Below are positions 1 to 12,200 of a stretch of DNA of 64,000 nt, piece after piece. The notes under the pieces are model-generated. The model saw only the letters and a list, made by a program, of their open reading frames with translations. It was not told the origin of the DNA and searched no databases. Numbering within the stretch: the first letter of the stretch is position 1; each line of letters starts with the position of its first letter. The translations under genes and the position numbers were made by a program. Source of the stretch: Iphione sp. A-MEVVRFRX5 (Eukaryota); contig OZ320313.1 in the NCBI GenBank assembly GCA_976226885.1, positions 100,130,001 to 100,194,000 on the forward strand, written 5' to 3'.

Positions 1-1750
1 AACGACAGGCATAACTACAATAAAACAATTCAGGGGATCTTTCCAAAGGATCTGATCGGGTATACGATAAGATTTTACAAAATATTCTTCATACAACGTT
101 CGCCTCGATACGGTAGTGTTCAGGGTATGGATGGTACATTGATAAATGACAGTAATTCTTGATCAACTAATATACAATATAAAACAGTACAATACAAACA
201 GGCAGTACAAAAATCAATACTAATAAAGGTACATCTGATCAAATCAATGTCTGTTGTGATTTATCATATGAATCTGGATACTCGTCTGAATTGACTGACA
301 CTGCCAGGACTCCTCAGGATTATGTCCAAACTATTCCAGTCTTTTATACTGTTGTAATGAACAGATCTTTGCACTAGCTCAGACTATGGGGTAGGTAGAG
401 TAGATCTGCATCACGCTGTCTAGTTGCTTGCTTATTTTGCTGTGGTAGTAAATTTAGCAGATTTGGATTGTGAACACTGTTCACTAAGAACAATCATCTC
501 CTTTGATAGGTATTCACCATATCAAACTGAATTGCTTGATTGCATAGCCTTGTTGGTATTGTACATTCTCGTCCTACTTTTCTGGATTCATATAACTTTC
601 TTTTGTAATAGAACTCCTTATGTGCCTTTACATTCTGATGTACTTGATTCGTTAAATACCTGGCAATTCTCAAGAATTCATCATCTAGTCTTTGCTTGGC
701 TTTATATATATAATAATTCAAACGTATGTTTTTCAGTAATACTTTACTCATACAAGGAGTTCTATTGTCAACTGGAACCTTTGTACATTTTACTGGGTTA
801 TGTTTTCTACAGTCTTCCTCATATTGTCTTCCATTATCTCCCATGCTAGATTCACATCATTGGTATTATACAGCGAATACCAATTGCAGCTTTTTAGACT
901 GCTTGAGACTACTCGGGTATTTCTTCATTAAGCTTTCTATAGTTAAAAGTCTTATAGGTGTTTGTTGCATCATTATGCTTACTTATTCTTTTAAGTACAT
1001 AGGTCATATGTTGATCAAACAAAATTAGACCTGTAGCTCCTGATTCATGTATATATTGACAGTTTGTAGCCAATACATCTATGCTTGTCGAGGAACGTTT
1101 GGTAGTTCTAGTGGCGCTATTTATTTGGTTCACTAAGGAATGATTTTGGAGTAGGTTCAGAAACTTCTTTCTATCATTACATTTAAAGTTACTAATATTA
1201 ATATTGGCATCACCTAGATATCTCTTCTGCTGTTAATTCCTTTTAGTACATTATCCAGTTCAGTTATAAACATATTTACAGAGCCTGCTGGCAGCCTATA
1301 GAAATTCACTATGACCAACTTCTTCATTTTGCTCTATGTAATTTCTACAACTTGAAATTCAATATGCTCAGTGATTTTGTCCCAAATATTGTTCATAATA
1401 TTGCATTCAAGGTGATCCCTACAGTAGATGATTAAACCACTTCCATTTTTCTTGTACACTGAGTCAGAAAGACTAGTTCCTCTGTCTATTCGAAAATGGT
1501 TGTAATTCTTTATGGAAATAAGATCATTGCTGTAAGTGCTATTTAGCCAACGCTAAAATATTGATATTAAGATCACCTACTAACAGTTTCAGAAGGCATG
1601 TTTATTATACAGACTGCATATATTTTGTTGTGCAATCAATAACCTTTTCTATTGAATTTGATGTTAATGTTGAGCATCAGATATTAAGAGAAGTAATAAT
1701 TATATTTACATACAAAAAAAACAAGAAAAATAATTACAATATTTTCAATA
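1..1750 (-). mobile_element. Decayed CR1/L2-group LINE (APE endonuclease plus region leading into RT), runs off the window start
   Basis: Minus-strand fragments match APE motifs: LVGDLNI (~1570), FRIDRG..GSGLIIYCR (~1420-1500), and NQINSATRTTKRSSTSIDVLATN..SG (ORF 909-1133, the PTR.T..S.T.ID...TN motif). Many stops and frameshifts. Confidence 0.8.
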
Positions 1751-2149
1751 GCTACTAAGACGCAGAGAATTCAGGATGGTGGGGAAGAGAGACGACAATG
1801 AAAATCTCAACATTTACATAGACAGGTCCAATACAACAACACGGAGTCAAAAACCGTTCTTGAGAGATGGAGATAACATGAACTGAGATACTTGCCATGG
1901 CACCTCGTCCTAATTAATCACGTGATCAGCAATGCCATTCAAGGAATGAGCTGTGCACAATCTAGCCATTCTGTGTCTGTTGCTTAGAGTGTGCCTATGA
2001 TTCTGTCACTCACTCCTGCAACCTAGCTGTTTTCTCCCTCTCTAACAAGTGTTATTGAGGAAAAACACTCTGGAGAATAAAAGGATCATAAGTACCCCTC
2101 TTATTCTTGCTTATAGTCCTGGTATACGAGGTTGTTGGTATTGAGAGGC

Positions 2150-4200
2150 TAATCTGCCTCAGATTTAGTGGTTTCATTCCCAGCAAAATTTGCAGGCCTA
2201 CCCTTGTGGTATTTTCAGAGGCCCTGGAGGCCTGGTAGGCCAGGCTAAGGCCATATTTGTTGGTTTCGTTTTTTCAATGGAACCATATAGGCCTCATAGC
2301 CTGCAAGGGGATAGAGAAATCCATTCCTCAAAACGAAGTTTGGTTGCAAAGATACAGGCCGTTTTGTGCAGATACAGAACATTTGTGCATCACCACCAAA
2401 CTCAGCAGTCCCACTTATGGGGTGTTTTCTTACGCCTGGAGTGAGTTGGAAGACCCTAGAGGCCTGGTAGGCCAGGCTAGGGCTGTTTTTGTCTGACTCA
2501 TTTTCAAGGGAACCAGACAGGCTTCATGACCCACAATACAGAAAAATCCACATACGACCACGCATGACCATGAGTCAGATCCTGACGCTGTGGCCCCAGC
2601 AGCTCCAGCCCCAAGGAGAATGACTTCAGTTGGTGTGTCATGGACCAGGACACTTCCAGGTGGTGCGGCCCCAGGGGGATGACATTTGGTGAGTTAGCGA
2701 TTTGGAAGCTTCTTGTCTGCAGGCCACTTTGGGGGATGACCCCAGTCGTCCTGGCCCAAGCAACACCTATGCCAGTTGTACCAACTGCTCCAGACCAGGA
2801 GGTGGCCTGGATGCATTCCATGTAGAGAGGCCTGTCCAGGAGGACAGGACCAAGGAAGCAGCTTCACTAGCAGTGCAGAGACTGATCTCCACTTACTAGA
2901 ACTAACCACTGACTCCCTCCAGGGCCAAAGAGGTCATGGACAACTTGGCTCGACCTGAGAGCATCAGGGTGTTCTATGATATCCTCAGCAAGTCAGGAGA
3001 CCCTAGAAACCAGACAGACTAGCTTAGGGCCAATTCTCATACCAACGGATGCCTACACATTGGTGTTGCCCATCGTTCATGCTCAGCATTGTGAGATATA
3101 GTTGACTTTACGGCCATGAAGAACACAATCAGATCCCAACCTAATTTAGTAGCCCAGGCAGCCAAACTGGACTGTACATCAGCAGGGTGATGAAGAAATG
3201 GGATCTAGGAACATCCCCTCTAGCACACCTCCAGGAAAAAAGGGGGCCACATGTAGCCAGGACAGCTGCCGGAGAGACACTGGGGATTGCAGAATGGCAA
3301 TCTTAGTCTCTTATCCCTCACCAGATAGATAGGAGCATACAAGTCAGTCAATACTAGGGCCCATACCCCAGGGGGTCATGGACCCCAGATGATTTACCCA
3401 AAGGGACAAAGGTCATCTCTCCCCCCAGAGGTGGGATGAGTCAGCTTATCCCGTTTCACATGGGCCCCCCTCACACACAGATGCTGCAATAAGCAGCATA
3501 CCAGTTAAACTGGTATGGTATGTGGTCTCTCGTACAATGGACAGCTTTTCACTTCATACCACTTGCTTTGAGGTCACTGCTTCCCCCTCTCAGTTCCTAC
3601 CTCTTGAACTGCAAAACTGCCCACAGACCCACAACACAAGTACTGGTCTTCGCAGCAAGGCCAGAAAAATGGGGTGCCCCCATTGGAATCCATCCACAGG
3701 GAGGTTGGACAGAGGAACTGTTCCTCACACTGGGCTGGTGCTGACAGGGGACCAGACTGCAGACAATCTCTCTCCTGCTGTTACCTCTCTGATGGCCATA
3801 TACTGGCTGCCTCAAAGGGTGACTGCTCAGGACAGTTCCACCGTTGCTTTCCCCGCGGCCGACAGCCCTGTGATGATGCAGGGGATGTATTTTTGCGCCA
3901 CTTGGAAGCTTCGCAGTGTAAAATTGCTGAATCATCGATTGCTAGCTGGTCCAGGAAAAGCACTACCAGGTACAACTACACACATTTTGTATCCTATGCG
4001 CTGGCTTTGATGCATGGCTTCAGTTACCAACTGTAGAAGTGAGGCTGCTAAGGATGACAGCTGGGACAAACTTTGATAAGAGTCTCAAAGGTTGTCACCA
4101 GTCTTTGTAGTGATTATCATTTCTGCCCATAAGCTATTCCCATGCGGGCATGTATAGTTCTATCTGTGTTTTCCTGTGGGAATTCTGAAGGCGTATTTCA
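2150..4200 (+). mobile_element. Highly degenerate DIRS-like tyrosine-recombinase retroelement relic
   Basis: GC-richer block with fragments in DIRS order: gag-like LTPSRAKEVMDNLARPESI (~2900-2970); RNase H-like KWGAPIGIHPQGGWTEE (~3665-3720) and GDQTADNLS (~3745-3775); YR N-terminus-like IAESSIASWSRKSTTRYNY (~3920-3980). Similarities are short and judged by eye. Confidence 0.45.
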
Positions 4201-5006
4201 TGTTCCATTCAATGAAAAATGTATAGAGAGAGGGAGGAGTAGAGCATGGTCTACAAGGGACAGTATATACAGTGCGAAAAGTGGAGTACATCATTCATTT
4301 GTATGGTTATCATGAGTTTTCATTTTCGGCAAATGACCCAGGGCAATGACTGACCTTCCTCGCTGTAAGGTATTTATGGCGAAAACAACTAGCCTAACCG
4401 AACCGATCAGCACGCTATCCACGTGGTTTACAAATACTCTGCCAAAAGGAATTGTCTCAGAAGCGTTATGCAGAATGTAGGTCATGCCGTGTCCAATGTT
4501 GGTAACAAACAGGATACATACAACAATGTGATATACATTAGATTGATTTCGTGTGTCTCAAACAGAACGCTTAACATATGGGTAGAGGTGAAGTTCAGAT
4601 GTGTTGCTGTTTTGTATTTTCATATCACACTTCTAACTGACTGAAAGTCTTTCCTTGTACCCATGTACCGGTATTAGAAATTATTGACTGTGAGCTGGTC
4701 CGAGGATTTTGAATAGAATTAGACCTAATCTTCTTGACGTAATCGACATATTGTACAATTACAGGGGGTTGGTTTAATTCTAATTAAAGCATGGGGTGGC
4801 CAACTTTTTTCTCTTTATTCCTATTAGTGCGACTGTGGCTGTATTTCACATATGCCAAGGTTATGGATGAGTGAATTGACCGATTAAGGTGGTAGTGGTG
4901 ACTCTGAAAATCATTCTGTTGGCTTGGGCAGGGTGGAATTAACTAAATCAATCACATATTCACACAGAGGACAGACATGGATGACTGAATTGGGCAATTC
5001 GGGTGG

Positions 5007-5084
5007 TGGTGGGGACTGGGGATTCGAACCCACCTCACCCAGATTGTACCACCAGTGTTCTAACCCACTAGACCACACAGACCT
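5007..5084 (-). mobile_element. tRNA-derived SINE head / pseudo-tRNA
   Basis: Minus strand has A box TGGTCTAGTGG, B box GGTTCGAATCC and ends CCACCA. Acceptor and anticodon stems do not pair, so it is not a functional tRNA. Confidence 0.7.
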
Positions 5085-5124
5085 CAGTATGTGAGAGAGA
5101 GTTGTTTCTTAGTTATTGTTTGTC

Positions 5125-5446
5125 CCCTGTGACCCTCTGTAGACCTGTCTGCTACATGCTGTGTGTCTACTGTAACCCTCTGTAGAATTGTCTGTTACCT
5201 GTTGTGTGCCTACTGTAACCCTTGGTAGAGCTATCTGCCACCAGCTGTGTGTCTGCTGTAACCCTCTGTGGAATTTTCTGCAACCTGCTGTGTGTCTACT
5301 GTAACCCTCTGTAGAATTGTCTGCAACCTGCTGTGTACCTACTGTAACCCTCTGTAGAGCTGTCTGCTACCTGTTCTGTGTCTACTGTAACCCTCTGTAG
5401 AGTTGCCTACTACCTGCTGTGTACCTAGTGTAACCCTCTGTAGAGC
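5125..5446. repeat. 43-bp minisatellite, about 7.5 copies
   Basis: Unit ~ctactgtaaccctctgtagaattgtctgctacctgctgtgtgt; tgtaacc recurs at 5171, 5214 and 5257. Confidence 0.95.
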
Positions 5447-5447
5447 C

Positions 5448-5625
5448 AGTGAGAAAGAGAGGGGAGAGAGGAGGGAGAGGGAGAGAGAGGAGGGAGAGGG
5501 AGAGAGAAAGGGACAGGAAAAGAGGGGGAGAAAAGAGAGAGAGAGACAGAGAGAGAGGGAGAGAGTCTTTGCTTCTCTGTGTGTGTGTGCCATGCTTTGA
5601 GTGAGATTAAGCTTGTGTGTGTCTG
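5448..5625. repeat. GA-rich then (GT)n simple repeats
   Basis: Direct reading; these explain the low-complexity ORFs at 5339-5715. Confidence 0.9.
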
Positions 5626-6779
5626 TATGCAAAAATAAACCCACAGGTTGGATTGCACACTCGGCTTCGCCTTGTGAGCTAATACAACCCATGGGTATAT
5701 TTCACATACAGCCACACACTCATTATGTATCTATCACATAATAGACAAAGCACGCCATGGCGATCCTGCTAAGAACTGATATCAGTATAAATCAACGAAT
5801 TTCACATCTGTCAGCATAAAAACCGGTTGTTGGCCAATCAACTTTCCATCTAGTTCAGCATTATGTACAAATCCATGGGTGGTAGCCAGCAGTTTCCGAA
5901 TGTCTGGATATTCACGCATTTCACACATTTTAAAGCATGATTTATGTGTGCATGAAAAACCCAGCAGATGAAATGTAGAGTCTGTGGACTGTGGATAGTT
6001 TCTGTTAATTCTTTAACCCCATTAGCAGAGGATCTAGCGTGTAAAAAAACAGCAGAATAATAATACGATTGCTTGCTAAAATTAGGCCAGATTTCTATGT
6101 GCCCTTGTTTGCCTTCTTTATTTTGCCTCAAAACAATGCAGAGCCAATAAGGCTGACTTTTCATGCACATGTGTCTGCATGAAGTGTGTTTTAGTCTGAG
6201 TACTGCCATGAAAGGTTTGTACCATGCTAATCCCCAAAACCACTGAAATACCATCTGTGTAGTGTGTTTGTCATTTACACCTAAGTAACACCCGTTGTAT
6301 CCCCATTGACCCCAAAAACCCTGCTGAAAACATGGCGGACACGGATACATAAAAAAAAACATGCTACACAGAGACACTAAACACGCCATATGCTACACGT
6401 TTATATGGATACACTCCGGCTACTATCCAATATTCCGCAAAAAAACATGCATGGGCATGTTACATGTAGACATGGGTGCATGGAAATTCGGCTTAAAAGA
6501 AACATGGGATCCCTGTTGTTTTAGAAACAAAACCTGCCCACATGGAATTAAGGCTTTATAGTGGCAGTGAATGCAAGGGTAGTGGGTTATCGCTGACATT
6601 TTCAAAAGTATGATGCCCTTCCCTCATTTTATGACGAATCATTTGGTCAGAGATAAGGGATGTCAAGGGTGACATCATGGACGAAATTTCGCCGGACCTA
6701 CGTGATCACCTGTCGTTGGTTCAGACGTCATCCATCCATTTATTAGTAGGTCGAGACTTAATGCTCTGCTGCCGTACCG

Positions 6780-7540
6780 AGCCATACAACCCCTCCTACT
6801 CCTTTACATCCAGTCCTTCACCCCTGTTCCCCCTCCAATCATTTATTATTCCCTGACAACCTTTCCCCGCGGCCCCCATCACCCCTTCCATGCCTGTCAC
6901 ACCTGCCAGCGACCGCCCCCCCTTACTACTGACCCCCCCTCCTGCCACCAGCACACACCTGGCTGACGCTACGGCGCCACTGCTTAAAGTAGCAACAGTC
7001 TTCCCACCTGCGGGGCAAAGCAAGGTGAGTGTGTCTGTGTCTTAAAGGCTAGTGGGAAGGTTGGGAGGAGGCAGGGACAGCCGGAGAGAAGTGTCGGATG
7101 GGGGTGGGGCGGGCGGCTGCAGTTCAGCAAGTGACGTACAACTGCTGGGTGGGAGGTGAGTGGGGGGGGGCGGTCGGAGGAGACGGAGAAAGGAGACCGA
7201 TTGGGTTCGGGTCGTTCGGGAGAAGTAGGGGAGGTAGGCCAGTGTGTTGTCACATCCCTCCTGCACTAAAGACAGCCGCCACCACTGTTGTTGTCGCCGA
7301 CGTCGTCGTCGTTGTCGCCGCTGATGACTAGTACCACCGGACCCGCAGCCGTGACTGCCACCAGCCTCCGTCCCCTTGTAGCAGCAGTCTGCACACTTGC
7401 ACGACCCGCAGTACACCAGGCACGTATGTAGAGCACGAAAGGAGAAAACTTGTAACTAGCAGCAGCCACCGCCGCCGCCGCCATTCCCGCGCGCTCCTTC
7501 AGTTTCTCCCTGTGACGAACGACACGGAAAACACATCTAG
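6780..7540. other. GC/CpG-rich island with splice signals; candidate exon(s) or promoter of an unidentified gene
   Basis: (GCC)n and (GTC)n runs. Plus-strand donor AAG|GTGAGT at 7024/7025 followed by G-runs. Minus-strand acceptor ttttccgtgtcgttcgtcacag| with exon starting at 7509. ATGGCGGCGGCG at 7484 on -. No recognisable domain. Confidence 0.3.
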
Positions 7541-8327
7541 GTAGGCGTAATAGTTAGCAGCCGCAACACACATACACGCACACATACACACACTACCACC
7601 GTAGGCATGTATGTACAGTTGTATATGTATGTCAGCACAAGCTGACAAAGGACTTTAGTGTTTTCCAGCATTTCCCAGCGTTGTGAGTGAAGGTGAACCG
7701 AGAGATGTAACGGTGTGTGGACACATGTGTAGACCCCGTCTCTGTTCCCGCCTTAGCTGTCTGTCTATAACGGCGCATTGATCCCATTATTGTTGTAGCA
7801 CTCGTCGTCTTACCGGCTGGTGGACAGTTATGGGCGATGTAGAGAGGTACAACTGTGGACACACATAGATGTACATATGTGTATTGTGTGCAACATGTTC
7901 TCGATGGTCCTCCGTCAGACCGTCACATCCCTAATGTCGCTGTCATTGTTCTTACTGGTGTGACCGGGGCCGTCTTCTACTTGTATACGTATATATGTGA
8001 TTCACACGCTTCACAAGGAGGTCACTGAGGAATGCCATTGCACTCACTCAGTCACTCAAGAAATGTGGCTGGAAGTGCTACAGTTTTGGTAGGGCCATAT
8101 GTGCGCTGATCCGCAATGGTATTTCTAATATAGAATAGGGGAGAAGCAACCGCAATAAAAGTGATAAACCATGCAAATGTACTAAATTTACCATCTACAC
8201 ATGTCTAAGGTCCTTCTAAAGCCTAAATTTATTTGTCTAAACAGTTCATCAACACAAATTGGAAGAGAACAAGTTGTGTCTGTATTAACCATGTTACCCA
8301 TGTGTACTAAACACAGGGGGGTCAGGG

Positions 8328-8830
8328 GGTACCCAATAGCGCATCACCAAGAATTTAGAACATCTGTAACACTTAAAAGAATGGCAAGTAACGCTTCACC
8401 TGGAAATATTTCTTGAGTAGCGCTTCACCAGGATATGCCTAATAACGCTTCACGTGAAACTAGAAGGGTGAATAACGTTTCGCGTGGAATTGAAATCAAC
8501 AATAACGCTTCACCAAAATAGTTGATACCTCCTGTCTAAACTAGAAGTCAGAAAGGTAAATACCGTGGCATCATTCAATATGGTGAATAGTGTGTTTTTG
8601 AAGAACAACAAAAACCCTACATAAGGGTAATATTTCCGCTAAATTATCCTACAAAAACTAGTTCGAACCACATTTAGGCCTAACTATGGTTTCAAGTAAT
8701 AGGTCATTCTGATTAACTGACCTTTGAATACATGTAGTTGAATGCTTAGAGATAGGAACTCACTAGATCCATAAATGGATGAAGCCCATTGGCGAACCAC
8801 AGGTTTTCCGAAGTAAGGATGCATATCCAA
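8328..8830. mobile_element. Probable non-autonomous DNA transposon with an array of subterminal TAACGCTTCACC motifs
   Basis: 12-bp motif recurs 5 times at 8389-8515 with unrelated 13-18 bp spacers. Left end gggtacccaatagcgcatcacc; weak inverted counterpart gatgaagcccattgg near 8780. Confidence 0.45.
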
Positions 8831-8933
8831 GGTGCATAATACTCTGACTTTAGTCATTAAGGTGGCTTCCAGGGGTTGCCTAGTCTACTATATTGAATAT
8901 TTGTAGAATATTGAATACTTGTACATAGAAGAC

Positions 8934-9277
8934 TAGGCAAAAAAAATAGGTGTGTTTCTGGTAACGACCACCCAAAAACCTAGGTAGGGAGGGGGAGTAT
9001 CTTCTTTTTTAAAAATTTTCTGTCTACTTTCTTCCTCTGGTTTTTAATAATAATAAAGGTAATATGAAGAATTTTGACCAATTAGCAGTTTTTTGCTGAA
9101 TTTCCATGGATTTTACTGTTTTTCTACTGAATTTACCAAAAACATGTGCTGTGAAAACACATATTTATGAAGATTCAGCCTTGGAAACTCTTTCAAGTGA
9201 AAAAATTTATAGGTAGGGTGAGGTTTTACTAGGTAGGGGTGGGTTACCAGAAACACACCTATTTTTTGTTTGCCCTA
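8934..9277. mobile_element. MITE with ~33-bp TIRs (PIF/Harbinger-like)
   Basis: TAGGCAAAAAAAAATAGGTGTGTTTCTGGTAAC ... GTTACCAGAAACACACCTATTTTTTGTTTGCCCTA. Related single ends near 27560-27595, 34490-34535 and 36070-36110. Confidence 0.85.
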
Positions 9278-12200
9278 TCATACTCCCATGCCTTTCAGAA
9301 CAACACTGATAACAAAAATTGTGTCGGGAAAGCCCGACATAAGCCTGGTTTCCATACCTGCATTGGTGTCTGTGCATTTTTGGTATGTTGGTGTGCATTT
9401 TAATTGAACCAGTGATATCTGTTGAATGATGTTTTGACTACATATGTCTTTCTGTGCATTTCTGTACATTTGGCATCCATTCTTCATTCATGAACATGTC
9501 TGATAATTTAATACACAAATACAAGCTCAAATTTGTTGTTTTTCTGCACATTTCCACACATATAAATGCTTTACAGACTTTTTCCAGTCATTCTCACTAT
9601 ATTTCGCTGCTTTTAGCATCATATTTTTCCTTTGTAATCATTTTCATCATTCACACACACAAACGCACTGTTCACGACATACCTCGAAAGACACCCCTCC
9701 CTATTGAGGATGCATGAAAGAAAAACTCAAGGAAACAGACACCAGTACGTGCACACAGAGGGCAAATGCAAGGTAATGGATATCAATGCAGGTGTGGAAA
9801 TATGGCCTTAACATATCACTGAAACATCATGATGGAGAAAGACGTTGCTTTGACATGTGCCTATGAATGAACAATACAGTGTCATTGATAAAGTGCGAAA
9901 CACGTCATCGCTACCTGTTTCACTGAATGTTGTAGTCAGATAGTTATGGGTATTTTGAACCGGTACTCATCTACTCGCGCGTCTCCTTACTGAGGACTGT
10001 TCATTCCTTTGACAAGGACATCCGTTTGTTTTACACACAGATCAGACAGGAGTACGCAGGGAGACCTACACAGTACTATACTTCCCGACCATGAAGTTGA
10101 GTGGAGGTGGGGGGGGGGATCCTACATTCCAAGACCAAGCTTAATGGTTCCCTGTACAGATATACTGCACGCGTGTACATGCGTAAAAGATTGACTAGTA
10201 TTTTCGTGCTCTCCATGTCATCCTATGTATATTCTGACCACTCACGGCGGTACACCTCTTAACGGTTAGATGAACACTGGCGAGTGATCTGTTTACCACG
10301 GGATCAGGCTCAAACGTCTGCTTGGCTAATCTTCTTATGGAAAAGGAACGAAACGAATGCACATCCCCGGGAATATGCAGATAATCCTCGGATAATGTCG
10401 GTAACGTTTTCCCCGACTGTCAATGCAGACCGTGACTGTGAAACCGTCTGGGATTTTATCAGATTTACACTTCATTTATGTGGCTAACGGTGAGAAGTAA
10501 ATTATATTTGATATCTGTACTTTAGTCTTCATGCTTTGGACTACATGGTCCTCGTTCTTTTTTGTCGACAGAAATGTAAAGCATCAAAACGTTAGGCATA
10601 TATTTTCTTTCTCAAGGGAGTTTTAGGTAGCAGAGATATTCCATCTTCCCTTTCCTTGCACCTTTAAGGGAGCATCCTGTTTAGCAAGACTTTTCGGTCA
10701 CGTAGAGATCAGTACGTATAGTGGGGATGTTTTTATTATTGGTGACAGATTAACAGTTTTAGGCAAAAACTCATAAACGCCGCTTCCAAACTGCCTTTAT
10801 GTCAACTTATGGCAAATTGCCCAGTACAGAAGTGTACTATTGTCTTCAAGCCTAAGCTGCTATTTCCATGTACACTGACACAGACAAAGGGGCAGATAGC
10901 TAGGTGTGGGGAGACTGCTATGTTAAGTGGTCTGTCGAGATACGCATGCAGATCTCGACAACCCAGGCGCATGGAAATGCCTTAATAAATTATGGTAAAG
11001 TCGTACTCCCTGGATTCATACAATCCACGTGCATGGAAGTACATGTATCCCCTTACGCCCAGTTTCAATGACTGCAGATTTTTTCCACATAAGATGACCC
11101 TTCTGGATCCTTACAGACACCTCATTTCCAATTGACCATTCGCCTTTTTACGTCATTTTGCGGTAAAATGACATTGTTTATGTTTTCCCACGAGTGACGG
11201 CCAAACTTTACAAGGCTGTAGAATCATTCGTAATGGCTCTAGAGGGCCATGCTATGGTCCGGGGTGTGGAGAAAAAACTGTACACATGTAAATCAGGCCT
11301 TAGGCTGGGAACCTAAGAACCACCTGACCAGACAATTTTGCCCTTAACTAAAAAAAAATATATATCATTAGGAACAATGGAATTTGCCCTTAATTCTGAG
11401 TTACCCTCCCACTTGAATTACCGAAAAGGCGAGTATGATGGATATGTTTGATATGCTTTGTCTTACTCAGTCACACTCTACATCGTTAAGTGGAACCATG
11501 ATCAAAGGAGCCAGTAAGGTTCAAGGTAGGATTTCCCGTGAGGACTGATTACTTTGCATAAAAACACAATAATTTAATGTCAGCACGTTAACCCTGATCA
11601 AATTGCAGCCAATTCCGAAAGACTGCCTATACGAGAACTTAAAGAATGAGCTTTTTTGGTTAGCCTATATATATAGCAAACGTGTGCTTGCATGTGCTAA
11701 ATTGGCTATCCTGTAGCGTAGGTCCTGTCATACCAGGGCCTCTTGATACTTCAACAAACGTGTGAATTTAGTGATTGGCATTGCAGGACCCTTGCTCAAT
11801 ATTAGATATATTTATAAAATGTCTACCAAAGGCTAACAAAGGACGCATAAATTTATCCTGCTACAACTCGGTAGTAGGCCCCATATTTACCCCACAAATG
11901 CACTTTATCTTGCATCGTACAGTTCAGCATGAATAAGTTGAAATGATCATTGCTGATGCACCTCGGAGTATAGGTCACACCTGTGGCGCTGTAGACCTGC
12001 TCTGTGCTACGCCAGATATACTGGGGTAAATGAGGCAATTCTGATGTCAACGAAGATGGAATCAATGGAGTAATTAAGCCAGGTGGCGTAACAGATATAG
12101 CATTGGTAATTACACTTCACCAGTAGAACTGCAGAAAGCATTGACATGAAGGTAATCAAACGTTTGCCTCATAAATAAGATTATCTCTTCTCCTGACACT

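Noticed and set aside
424-1028. Plus-strand hydrophobic ORFs
   Set aside because: Antisense to the LINE relic; no start context or domain.
5007-5084. Functional tRNA gene
   Set aside because: A and B boxes are present but the acceptor and anticodon stems do not pair; SINE head or pseudogene.
7266-7509. Definite Rab GTPase call from the GGGGGGCC* ending
   Set aside because: No GxxxxGKS, WDTAGQE, NKxD or SAK exons found upstream on the minus strand; kept only as a low-confidence finding.
8389-8515. CRISPR array
   Set aside because: Eukaryotic context, repeat only 12 bp, spacers 13-18 bp, and no cas genes.
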